Source of the DNA: Tubulanus polymorphus
Taxonomy: Eukaryota > Animalia > Nemertea
Length of the DNA: 64,000 nucleotides
Reading direction: 5' to 3'
Assembly: GCF_964204645.1 (NCBI RefSeq)
Contig: NC_134028.1
Coordinates: 16,933,653-16,997,652 of the forward strand
Below the pieces are notes generated by a model. It worked only from the letters and a program-made list of their open reading frames with translations. It had not been told where the DNA came from and did no database searches. A program made the position numbers and the translations under genes. Shown here piece by piece: positions 43,201 through 55,334 of the stretch (position 1 is the first letter of the stretch; each line of letters begins with the position of its first letter).

Positions 43201-44600
43201 CACAACAAAATCTAAATGACCCTGCAGTTTTTAGATTGGATGCATAAACACTAAAGACACTCCGTTTTTATCCCTCACAATTGGAATGATCATTTACAAT
43301 TTTTTCACTGGACATTCAATCATTTAAGGCCTACTAATACTATAGGCTAACTAATTCAAATTTAATTCAATACTAGGTCATGTTGCTTTTCATTCCAATA
43401 AACATATTCTTTTAGTGACCTATAAACCTTTACTTTACTACATAACAATAATCATACCTGAACAATCCACAACGCGTCCTTTATACGCGGGATAATAATA
43501 AATGGCCTTCGACTTTTTTGTTCTTCCACTTCCATTCCAATCCATTCTAATAAATCTAATTCAATGATCCATTCAATGATCCACTATGTGTTTGACCTCA
43601 AACAAAGAAGCAGTGTCACTTTCGGCCCAGTTGTCAATGATCCCCTTTTATGGACTGATTGTCATCCATTATTGCGTTTTGCAATCATTATGAGAATAGA
43701 ATAGATCACAGGCACTCGCCGATGGGCTTGGGATACAGTTGCTGGGGTTTTTGATAGTGTATTTGTGTTTTCATTCGTTATTCTGCAATAAATCCGAGAA
43801 AAAATGCCTTGGTACTGATACGTTTATAAAGATAATGGCCGCTGGCTCCACACACGGCGACCTCACAAAATACTGAACAAACTTCATTTTTCAATCTAAA
43901 ATCAAAACTTTTATTTTATACGACACTTACTAGTGATATGACAGTTATATATCCTATTATTCCATCCAATTGTGAGACACTGTCAATTTGTGAAACGTCT
44001 TTAGTAATATAAAAGAAAAGGTAGTTGACGAAGCGTGAGCGTATAGGAAAAACTTTACAGGCGTTGAGACGGCAACACTAGGTCACACGGGCACCTGCTA
44101 CAAGTATTCCCCTTCTATATTCAAATAAAGCGGGATTTCGTTATGACGTCACTCAGCGGTTGAACGACGTTCGGTGACCTAGTGTTGCCGTCTCAACGCC
44201 TGTAAAGTTTTTCCTATACGCTCACGCTTCGTCAACTACCTTTTTGTAGCGGAAATTCCGTGATGATGTTATAGGCGCCAAATTTAAATCACTTTCTTGC
44301 CTGCATAGCAGTTTTATAACCGGGCCAGAGCGCCAGTTTTGAATCCCTCATGTATCGCCACAGATAGCGTCTAATATTTATAGATCCTTAAAATAGCATC
44401 AATTATTCAATTTCCTTATCCTTTATTCCCGTTTATAACCTGGTTACCTTTCTTACTGCGTTGCGGGACGAACTCAGCTCGCGTCCGGTCGAGTTGTGTT
44501 CGTTGGGGGATTTTACACAGACTATGTTGTCTTACCGTCTTTATAACTATTCGGCGGAACCAGTTGTTCAAAGAAATCAAACTGCTCTTAAAGCACATCA
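30878..44600. repeat. Four near-identical tandem copies of a ~4-kb segment (2572, 3564, 3561, 4026 bp)
   Basis: The junction AAAGCACATCA|TCCTAATTACACG occurs at 33449, 37013 and 40574, and identical ORF translations recur at these periods. Copy 4 is complete, copies 2-3 lack ~41986-42445, and copy 1 lacks a further ~990 bp. Confidence 0.97.
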
Positions 44601-47165
44601 GTACGTCTTAAATCTTCTTACCAATACGTTCGTATTTATATCCTAACAATATTATATTGTGATATATGAATTCCGCTCTAGTAGAGTCGAGTAGCGCCCG
44701 GATTCGGGCCGTTCAATTTGGTACTCCGCGGTGCCGACCGCTTGAGTGCTCCCTCTTTCGGTGAAATACATTTTTTTAACTAATTGGAAGTTAAATATTC
44801 TCTTGATAATAAATCTTTTTCTTTTCGGAGTTTTTAATGCTCGACTCGGACCGGAGTTCGTATAAATAAATCTATGCTTGTAGGTTCCGATCGAGCGTCG
44901 TCGTGGACGGCGGTCAGTCACGCGTGATCGTGACGTCACGCCGTACCACGTGATTTTCAACCTATTGGAGCGTAGCGGGGACAAAGGCGGGTAGCCAATC
45001 AGGACAACGCGGGGACAACGAGCCCTATATAAGGCGGGCAGCGCGCTAGTTTGGGATTCTGACCTGAGCGTCGACCACTCGCATGGTTCAATTTAGCTCT
45101 CTCTAACCAACGAATACTATATTCCAAGTTACAATGTAAGCAAGTTGTACCGCCCGCGTCCCGACGGGGACCGGGTTTCCTTTCCTTGGGGGGATTGTGA
45201 TTGAATTACGTTGCTTTTATTATTGGTATTTGTTATTGTTTCCGTGCCGCGAGGTCCTGATTGTCCCCGGCCCGCCATGTTATTCTAAACTTCTGTAGTA
45301 TTCGCCAATCATCACTGCGATACTATTAGGTTGTCTCCAACGACAGCCCTTGTTTAAAGCTCGACCGAAGGTAATTCCCGTCCCGGGTGGGTGGATTTTG
45401 GCGATGGTGACTGGTTTGGGTAGGTTATTTTGGTCTCAGTCCGTTGACGGTCCAGATAGCTAGGCTATTGAAGACGACGAGGGTTATTGGTGCGGATGGT
45501 TCAGCCGCCTACGGGATTTGCCGGGTCCGGAGAGGACGTCTGATGTCGATGGTTTGACCACCTACGGGAATGGTATATTGGTCCACGGAAAAGCGAAGAG
45601 AACGAAGAATGGGGTCTGCCGGTCAGCCGTTAGACGAGAATCTGCAGAGACTGAGTTCCAGTCGGGTGCTGGCACTGTCGCCGATTTTTTTCCCTCCCCT
45701 CCTTAAGCATTAATCGCCTTAATCATGGGGCATTACCCGTCCTATTCCACGAGAAGTATTATCGATCGACGATCGATCCCTCTAGTATTAAAATACGGAC
45801 ATTAGGTATTATTCTAACGAGTTTCCACGTCATTGTGATGCTGGGACTGGGACACAGCGAGGACTATTCCTCTCTGTCTCCCAGTCGCTCAAAATACCTC
45901 ACGCTTGAGTTCTAATTCGAGTTAGATGATAATCAGGCAGCTAAGCCGTTTGACTTTAGTAATTCGCCGGCGGGACCTAACCGTTTCGGCTATATCCGCC
46001 TCGCGTTTCAACCATTTATGCAATGCAATCGTTGTAGAGTCGAATTTTATTCGGGGTCGCCTAGGCCTCGTTGCATTTATTTCCGCGGGCGATGTCGCGT
46101 GCGGTCCTTAGTCTTTTTATAAAACTTGAGTTGAGAGAGAAGGGTGAGGGAATATCATTTTTGACGGTATTTTATTTCGTTGGGTCACTTGACCCCCCTT
46201 GAGTTTCGGAATTTGTCGGGTGACGATCAACCATGCTGCCAGTGGTAGTCCAGGTCGAAACCAAGTCTCCCCTTGATGTCTTACTGCCTAAGAGGACCAG
46301 AGATGAGTGTCCCGAAGAAAGAATGGCGGACCAGGGAACTGATCAGTCCCTGCGTCGGACCACCAGTGAAGGCGAATTCCAACCAAGATGAAGAAACCCT
46401 GTAGTGGTAGTTCAAGAGGAGGCATTATCGAGTCGGTCCTTGGCCGGGTTCAGATATTGGGATCTGCTCATCGTCACCGACATTTCCGCTTCGGACTCAA
46501 GCCTTTTAATTATTTGACTCTCATAGTTCAACCCCCCCCCCCTTTTCTCTCTCTCTCTCATTTTTGGGTGTGAGCCTAATCGCGCCTTCGTACAATATTA
46601 CATCCGTGGAACATGATTAGTTCTACGAGCCGTCGTTATGCCTAAGGACCAGTTTATAAATGTTATAAACGTCCCTTGTTCCTGGGGATTTTTGAGAGTA
46701 CATATATTTTATTACGAGTATTGGGAGATTGCTTTGATCTTGAGTGACGAGCAACACCCCGTTCTTTTAATCCGTTGTTGAGCTGAATAAACATGGCAAT
46801 CGTTAATTTTTCACGAATAACGGTCTTATGTCTTATTTTGAGTGGATATCTGAGTCTGAGTCAGTTCGACCTGTTTCGGGAACAACCTTGGAACGAGGAC
46901 GCGCTACCATGGAAACGAAAGGATTCCGAGTTGTTGATGATCGCCTTCAAGTTAAGGACGATTGGACCCGAAGACCCACCTAGAATCGATAGGAGGCACG
47001 ACGTGTAGAGGGGATCCCCGACGAAGTTATTTGGCCCGGCCCGTGCGTTAGGGAGGCCAAGCTGTAGACCAGTACTGAGCAGCGGTATATTGTCTGGCGC
47101 AGCCGTTGTGAGAAAATCTAGCCCGGAGAGCCAGTCGGTTACTGTGCCCGGCCTATTCGGTTACA
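44245..47165 (+). mobile_element. 2921-bp solo-LTR-like insertion
   Basis: Termini TGTAGCGGAA...TTCGGTTACA (TG..CA, 8/10 inverted match) and 4-bp TSD TTTT (44241-44244, 47166-47169). It splits an otherwise continuous TIR and contains an internal promoter and AATAAA (46786). No gag/pol. Confidence 0.75.
44931..45060 (+). promoter_or_regulatory. Pol II promoter inside the LTR
   Basis: CRE TGACGTCA at 44931, E-box CACGTG at 44947, ATTGG at 44964, CCAAT at 44995 and TATATAA at 45026, in canonical order within a CpG-rich patch. Confidence 0.75.
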
Positions 47166-47798
47166 TTTTCTTTTATATTACTAAAGACGTTTCACAAATT
47201 GATAGTGTCTCACAGTCGGATGGAATAATAGGATATATAACTGTCATATCACTAGTAAGTGTCATATAAAATAAAAGTTTTAATTTTAGATAGAAAAATG
47301 AAGTTTGTTAGTGTTTTGTAAGGTCGCCGTGTGTGGAGCCAGCGGCCATTTATCTTTTTAAACGTATCAGTACCAAGACATTTTGTCTCGGATTTATTGC
47401 AGAATAACGAATGAAAACACAAATATACTATCAAAAACCCCAGCAACTGTATCCCAAGCCCATCGGCGAGTGCCTGTGAATAGATCGTGAAAACCTGTGA
47501 AAACGTGTTGCTTAACAATGGCAATATGGCTGCCACCGCGCAGGGGTGCTTGGGAGTTTAATTGAAATAAATTATTTAATTATTAATAAGTTTTATGTCT
47601 GCATTTTAGTTCTATTAGAATTAAAAAATAATCGTGTTAAGTGATATTTAATTAGCAAAAAAGACATTTCGATTTTTCAAGAAGTGGATTTTGAGAATCT
47701 GGAAGATTTAAGAATTGAAAATGGCCACAATCCACCAATAATGCAGACAATGGTTATGCCAATCTACTCATCCGATATGAACTTGACCAATCACAAAA

Positions 47799-48250
47799 AT
47801 GTTTAATCTGTTTTGCAGCCACAGCTCATTGATGGAAATAGATGATCCTCTCCACACAAATGCTGAGGTGAACCATCGTGGGGCTGTTACTACTATTATG
47901 GTGTTCTCCCTCAAAGCTGGATCCACATCAACTGTTTTGACTGGATTGTTGGATCAGTTGAATTTACTGTTACTGAGAAGCGGTTCTACGCAGTTCTAAT
48001 TAGCCTATTTTCAAAAGATTTTCTCTATGTCCGGAGGTGAACAAATATTACTGCCCTGTATATAAGACATTATTCAAAAAACTGCAGGTATGATACAAAT
48101 GTTCATTATGTGATATACAGTATGATAAGGCAACATTAGAGGAAAAAGGACATTTTTTGTGTACATGCCCGTTAATGAACAACTGAAAAGACTCCTCGGC
48201 TAAGAAGAGCTAGCTAGCAAAATTAATGAATGGGCCTACAAGGAAAGCAT
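47799..48250 (+). pseudogene. Degenerate N-terminal remnant of an EnSpm-type transposase
   Basis: Fragments IDDPLHTNAEV..AVTTIMVFSLKAG...LTGLLDQLNLLL, EVNKYYCP and FFVYMPVNEQLKRLL resemble the N-terminal region of animal EnSpm transposases; broken by stops and frameshifts. Confidence 0.5.
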
Positions 48251-51099
48251 AACACTTCGAGCTGGTGACAGCAATATATTCAACATTTTTCATAAATAAC
48301 ATTGTAATTCGGGGCTTGGGCAGTCCCCTAAGGCTCTAGTTATCTTGATAATAAATGAAAAATATCCAAAATTTTTTGTTCAGATCATGATTTTTGTGAA
48401 ACAGTTTTTGGATTTATTCAAGGGGCAACAAAGACATGTGCTTCATTCATACAGGATCCAATCTAGTCAATACAGGACAAACAACATGACTTTTTTGACA
48501 CGGCATCCTGGAAAAAACTACTAAATGAGGATCAAACAATTAAAATGAAAGGAGATTCCTTCAATTCCTCGAACATTACATGCACAATCTTACTTTTAAT
48601 AAAATCATGTGAAGCTAAATGATGTAATTACAAATTTTATTGCAGTTTACAAAAGTGACCAATTATGAGAAACAAGGTACATGTATAATTTTTTAGCCTA
48701 GTACATGCATCCAGATTGCACGTGTATTTCAGAAGCCACATATGAATTTACACGTGTTTTTAAAATACACGTCCTAAGTTACACGTGTATTTCAAAATAC
48801 ACGTCAAAAGTACACGTGTAATTTCATATTACACGTGTATTTAGCTAAATACACGTGTACCATTTTCATAAGGGATCCTACCAGGCCTTCGTTATGCGAC
48901 CGGTTGACGATTTTGTTATACAAATATGCTGTTTCATGTATTGTTCATTTTGATGAAAAAGGTATGGCTGATTTATTAATGGATAGACAAATAAATGAAT
49001 TTAGACTCGGATATTGCGAAATAAGTCGACGCTTTCGTAACAAATATATACTCCACACTAATCTGATACAGTATTAGTGGGTCATGTTTTTATACGAAAC
49101 TGATCCATAGGACCATTACACACACACACATACACACACAGTCCCTCGAATATTGGGTTTTCAATGTGTTATAGCCCATTGCATGCCATTCCACATGATA
49201 GATAGAACGACCATTTGAGACCTGGGACTCACCACCAGCAGAGAATTCGGGGCACGACAGACCTTATTGGGTCTTGTATAAAACTTAAATAGCATACCGG
49301 TATATCGGGTACCCGGTATATGATTTCGAGACCAACAGAACGGTGTGTTTCCTTTGTAATAGTCATCTCCATACACCCCCGATACACAACCAGCCTCGCA
49401 CCCTCCGATACACCACCGGCCTCGCAAACAGCCGACGCTTTTCAAAAATACCGAACGCGAACGCCTAGCTACTCGATCAGGGACGTGCCACCTGCGACCG
49501 TAAAGCGACATGCCGCACCAATAATTGAATAACCCAAGACGCCATAATAAATGTTATTCTGCATTTAAGGGGGGGGGGGAGTATCAAATTAGTCCGAATT
49601 GCAAACAGCAGCATTTTGTTCTGAGGCACAAATACGGTGATATTTAAATCAGTTGGGATTTTCTGTGTACGGGCCACATGCAACAAGAACAAGTTTGAGT
49701 TTGGTCATATATGAGCTGTCCAATTTAAGTTGTTGTAAGCATAGCCCTTTGACAGTGAAATGCCACAATAATAACCACTGAGATAGTCTTAGCTAAAGGA
49801 TTGCTTAATAGATGTCGAATAAACACTATAATCCGTGTATACTGTAGATAAATGAAGAAATCCTACACTTCAAATTTAAAATTATACGATCAAATTTATT
49901 ACTATGAAACCACAGCCATCATCAGGTGGAATGACCAGAAAAACAAGTGTTTACGGTAGGCGGCCGCACTGAACCAGGCAGGTTTTTTTCATGAAAGTTG
50001 CCCAGTAAACGGATTTAAACAAATCTAAATCTTCGATCCAATTGAACCATTTGTTTTCGATTTTGATGAAGTTTTGACTCAATAGTATCAATCTTATACC
50101 CGGTACCTAAGATGACATTTTCATTACCAGGCGGATCTAGGAAATTTGGAAGAAAAGAAAATGTATTTTTAAAAAAATTAGCTCTTATGGCCTCTAGAAA
50201 ATTGGTCAAAGTGGTCAAAATTAGCTCTTATGGCCTCTAGAATTCATCTAAGATGTGAATATTTAATCACGAATCCCCGATGTCGGCTGTGTATCCTGAT
50301 ATTACTGTACGGTACATAATTTTATATATATTCATATGGTAGACTTTACTTACCTATTGGGACCTATATGGTTTCATACTAAAAATTATATATTCCATAG
50401 ATTTAACAGACTTATTGGGTGCCTCAAACTGCGGAAACATTATGTACAGGTCTATTGGGTCATCACCTTATGAGTCCCAAGTTTGAACTGCTTATTCAAA
50501 TTAGTAAATTAAACATTATTTCGAGTCAAAGTTTAATGGTAGTGACGACCCAGAAGTGGTTCTAATCTCTTAAGAATTACAGTGATGGAGCTGTCGTCAT
50601 AATGACGATCACCTAATCGGATTTTACAATCTTAAAATTTCGTCTTGTACGTTTTCTGTAGCGCAGGTGATCAAGTCTTAGGATCAACTTCATTGTAACA
50701 AATGATTTCAAATATCAGAAGCCCAATGCGTTTAATGATTCAATTAAATGGTATCGTGCTGATTGGATGAAAGTGGGGGTAAATCATTGTATTGTGATCT
50801 TATTCTTTTTGAATTGGTCATTGGTGGTCAATGGTCAATTTATGAATCTTCAATGGCGAATCTTTTCTAGTTTCACACCAAACGCGGTATATCGTTCTCA
50901 TGTTCGTGAAATTGTAATTCGTCAGTAGTGGTCAGTGTTGGTCAGCTTATGAATTTGCAATGATGAATACTTGGTAGTTTGTAAACAAACATGGCTTGAG
51001 AAATTTCCGATATTCGAAGTCTGAATCGTTCAGACTCGGGGATCATATCTCAATTGGTCAGTTTCTGACCATCACGGTGTCAGCATTGTGGTCGATAGC

Positions 51100-51311
51100 T
51101 TATATGAAACATTTGGAGATAACCAACGAAGGGGCCCAAAAGCACAAGCCAATTTCCAGTGATGTGATCTCTTTTTTATAATTTTCTTTGTCAGCATTTT
51201 AGTGGCTTCGTCCAAAAGTTCACGATTAGGCATTCTGTTGGAACGAATGCAAGATCGTATGAAATATTTTATCTTCATCCGATGACCAGCGCCTTCGTGT
51301 TTTCATTCTGC
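51100..51311 (-). pseudogene. Frameshifted terminal exon encoding a Myb/SANT-like helix motif
   Basis: Acceptor tttctttcttttaatag|, then RMKTRRRWSSDEDKIF, then (shifted frame) RSCIRSNRMPNRELLDEATKMLTKK. Confidence 0.5.
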
Positions 51312-52898
51312 CTATTAAAAGAAAGAAAATTCATTTATTTCTATATTTGGTTTAGGTTAAAAAATGATACTTTGTTTCTCTGCAGCTGCCGGGAAATAGT
51401 GTAAATTCCAATAAAATTTGTAATCAGTTCATTTCTATAGCTGCAGGGTCTATAATTGTATGCCTGATAGTGATTAGAAAAATAATGTACTGGGTAGATA
51501 GGCTGCAGGGTAAATTAACTTTAAGCTAGGTAGAGCGGAGAAACAAGGTATCATTTTTTTCCCTTAATTGACCAATTTGAATACATGACCTGTCAAATTA
51601 TATAAAACATACGTGCACAGTCAAAGTGGGAGGCACTACTTGTTCAGGTACTTGAGCTATTTAAATTAACCTTTTTGAAAGTAAGCTACCTGGGTAGGGA
51701 TATCAAAATTGTGACATTGAAACTCGGGAAGTGCACTATTATATTGTTTGTATATTAAACATCGCCTCAGCCTGGCAGCATATCGAAAAAGGTATAACCT
51801 TTAAACTTTATATATTCTTTATGATATACTAGTAACACTAAACTGCTTTCAAATGTTATTACGGTTAATTTCAACCATTGATATTTAGCACTGCTTGGTG
51901 GCCATGATGAATAATGCATCCCTGTAAAACTTGATGTACATGTTCATAGGGACATAATCTGCAACTTTGCACTACATCATAATATTGAATTTCGACCCGA
52001 GAATAATCTGAAGAATATGTATTGGTTATGTTTTAAATTACAATTGCTCATGTGACCTTGAAACTCAGGACGGCCATGTTGCATCCGATTGACCCAAAAT
52101 CTCTCTCATGCTGACGCACCCTTCAGGAATGCAATCTGATAGATCAAGCAGAGTGTCCTCAATATTTCCCTTGAAAACTTCAAAAATAAGTAAAAAATGC
52201 TGATTTCAGCAAACAAAAAATGGCCGCCAGTCAACCATGTTGATTCTGACTGAGCTAGTATTTTGGAAAAAAGTGTATCTAGGGTAGATACATGTATATA
52301 AATACATTATATCAATTGCATTAATATATTTTTAGAAATGATATAGGGCCTATTACATTTTATAGATTATAGATTGTACCTATCTATTGGGTCAATCAAA
52401 CAGTTGGTTTCCTCTGTAATAACTAATACATTCCACATGATAGTTTGTACCGACCTGTTGGGCCCTAATAATACAAAATAATCCATATGATAGATTTGAC
52501 CAGACCAATCTAACTGTGGGTTTACTGTGTTATAAATACATTCTATCATAGATTTCCCTCAAACGGGGCATGTGAAAAATAATATATATTCAGTATGAAT
52601 ATAGACTTTAACAAACATATTGGGTCCCTCAAGGTGATTAGTAAGTACTTGGTGAAATACCTGACAATCTGCAAATGTCAAGAATTACCATTACGATAGA
52701 GCATTTCATGCACTGGCACAACTTGCAATTTCTTGTGGTAATAACGTCACATTTTTTGGTACAAAAAGGTCACAGGACGGCCATCTTGTATCCGATTTTC
52801 CCAAAATCTCTCTCATGCTGACGCACCCTTCAGGAATACAATCTGATAGATCAAGTAGAGTGTCCTCAAAATTTCCCATGAAAACTTCAAAAATAAGT

Positions 52899-53960
52899 AA
52901 ACTAGCAGTCCAGTGACACCATGCCAGGTAGTTTCAAATGCTCAACAATCTAACAATTTCAATATTCAGCGCCCCTGGTAACCAGATACAAAAACCAATG
53001 ACCCTGAAACTCACCACAATCAATTAGAATAAGTCAACAGCTACGATTTTGTAATTGATTGTGATAACAAAATATGCCTCGTTACCGATTTAATATGGAA
53101 ATACTAAGTTATTCTACTATTCAATGCCCCCTGGTGACCATATGCAAAACCCAATGACCTCGAAACTCACCACAATCAAAGAACATGTCATGAACTACAA
53201 CTTTGCAATTGATCATGGTAACAAAATATGCCTAGATACCAATCTATAAGGAAATACTAAGTTATTCTACTATTCAACGCCCCCTGGTGACCATATATAA
53301 TAACTCATGTCCTTAAAACTCACCACATACATAGACGATGTCATGAGCTATAACTTTGCAATTAATTGTGGTAACAAAATATGCATAGGCTCAGACATAA
53401 TATAGAAATACTAAGTTATTGTATTATTTAACGCCCCCTGGTGACCATATACAAAAACCGATGACCTTGAAGCTAACCAAAATCATAGAACACCTTATGA
53501 GCTACAACTTTCAATAGATTGTGGTAATACAATATGTTTAGGTATCAATATAATGTCGAAAATGGAAAATTTTGATAATTAAGGGATAGGAGCACCCTTA
53601 ATACGACCAGTCAAACTGCGCAGTTTTAATAAACCATCGTTTTTATATCCACTTTACACTGTATTGAAGGATTGCCAAAAAGTTTTCATTTTCGCATGTT
53701 GAAATGAGAAAAAATAAGCCATTTTTGAAATTCTAACAATATGCGTCCTGAGTTTCCATACCTACGAACCATTGATTTTTGATCATTTGATTATAATTTC
53801 AAATGGTAGGCGCGGAAACATATTGTTAAAATTGATTTACGGTCAACCCCCAATATCACAGTTTCACTGGTAGTATGAAGATCAAATTCAGGTATGTGTT
53901 CAAAAGTTTTAGAGAAATATCCCCAAAAAATTGACTTTCGTTCCCTAGTGGGCTAAAAAG
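52899..53960. mobile_element. Second HINE-like copy with ~165-bp internal repeats (3' part replaced or interrupted at 53560-53947)
   Basis: Starts AACTAGCAGTCCAGTGACACCATGCC, is colinear with 6013-6690, and ends GTGGGCTAAAAA as at 7272. Confidence 0.6.
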
Positions 53961-55060
53961 GTATGAAATAACTAAACTGATTTACCATTGGTTGCGGAAA
54001 GTTGACTCATATCTACCATAAGACTCTCTCTATGTGATTCAACTACGGATTGATTGGAATCTTTCACACCAATTGTATCGAACTTGGTGGTCCATTTTCC
54101 TGTGAAAATTAAAAATATGAACATGCATAAGCAATTGAGTAGTGGTTGAAATTGAGACCGAAATTGATATTTTTTGGGTACGAAAAAAGGTCACAGGACG
54201 GTCATCTTGCATCAGATTGACCCAAAATTTCTCTCATGCTGATGGAACCTTCGAGTACACGATCTGATAGATCAAGGTAATTGATCAGTGTCTTCAAAAT
54301 TCCCTTGAAAACTTCAAAAATGAGTAGGAAAGTGCTGATTTCAGCGAACAAAAATGGCCACCAGTCAACCATGTTGATTCTGACCAAGCTCATTTTTTGG
54401 GTACAAGATGTATCTAGGGTAGATACATGTATATAAATACATTAAATCAATTACATTAATATATTTCTATAAATGATAATGGGCCTATTACATTTTATAG
54501 ATTGTACCTATCTATTGGGTCCATCAAACAGCTGGTTTCCTGTGTAATAACTAATACATTCCACATGATAGATTGTACCGACCTATTGGGTCCTTTGTCT
54601 TATAGTACATAATAATCCATATGATAGATTTTGCCAGACCAATCTAACTGTGGGTTTCCTGTGTAATAACAATACATTCTATCATAGATTTCCCTCAATT
54701 CGGGGATTCCTAGGTGATAAATTATATACATTCAGTATGATAGACTTTAACAAACATAGGGCCTAATGGGTCCTTTTAGGTGATTAGTTAGTACTTGGTG
54801 GAAATGTCAATGTCAATCTGTCATGTTGACTCATCTGTCATGTCTCTCCATGTGGTTAACCTGTGGATTGATTGGAATCTTCTACACGACTCGTACCAAA
54901 CGCGGTGGTCCACCTTCCTATGAAAATAAAAAATATGAACATGCATAAGCAATTGAGTAGTAGGCCTAGTTGAAATTGAGGCCAAAATTGACATTTTTTT
55001 GGTACAAAATAGGAAACAGAACGGCCATCTTGCATCTGAAAACATTCGGTTGGTTTTCAC

Positions 55061-55135
55061 GAGCTCGGTGATCTAGTGGGATGACGCTGCGCTAGTAATT
55101 TACTTGCCCGGGTTCGAGTCTCGCTCTAGCCGCTC
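55061..55135 (+). ncRNA. tRNA-derived (SINE-head-like) Pol III unit, not a canonical tRNA
   Basis: A box TGATCTAGTGG, B box GGTTCGAGTC, end pairing GAGC..GG/CCGCTC, and a downstream T-run (55138-55141). The anticodon arm is irregular. Confidence 0.6.
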
Positions 55136-55334
55136 TATTTTCTCTAACTCTGTTCTCTACACTTTCCTTGAATTTTCTAAATTCTGATTAAATAGCGGAA
55201 CTAAATGTCGCAGCCGAAACACTCCAATCCCTCTTAGGGGACCGGCGGCTGCTGTTCAGGGTCGTTCTGCTTTTGCCCGGAACTTGTTGCCAAGACGTCC
55301 CCTTCTACTTCCACTCTCTGTAACAGTAAAACGG

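Larger units (their letters stand above)
43707..47478. mobile_element. P-superfamily/Galileo-like foldback MITE (~380-bp TIRs, ~87-bp loop) with its right arm interrupted by an LTR
   Basis: Termini CACAGGCACTCGCCGATGGG / CCCATCGGCGAGTGCCTGTG and 7-bp TSD AATAGAT (43700-43706, 47479-47485). Left arm 43707-44086; right arm 44174-44244 plus 47170-47478. Left halves are repeated at 32556, 36120 and 39684. Confidence 0.85.
30777..48874. mobile_element. EnSpm/CMC (CACTA-like) element with subterminal ACACGTGT repeats, expanded by nested insertions
   Basis: Left CTTACGAAAATGGTACACGTGTA (30779-) and right TACACGTGTACCATTTTCATAAGGG (48850-48874) form an inverted pair. ACACGTGT arrays lie at both ends and a transposase-like remnant lies near the right end. 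The leftmost bases are degenerate and no TSD was confirmed. Confidence 0.7.

Noticed and set aside
30878-44600. rDNA, histone or snRNA tandem gene cluster
   Set aside because: No rRNA, histone or snRNA sequence is recognisable; the unit is made of transposon parts.
45190-45270. Intronic C/D-box snoRNA (GTGATTGA...CTGA with GGGGA/TCCCC stem)
   Set aside because: The C box is non-canonical, no rRNA-complementary guide was recognised, and it lies inside an LTR-like insert; it cannot be supported without an Rfam or snoscan search.
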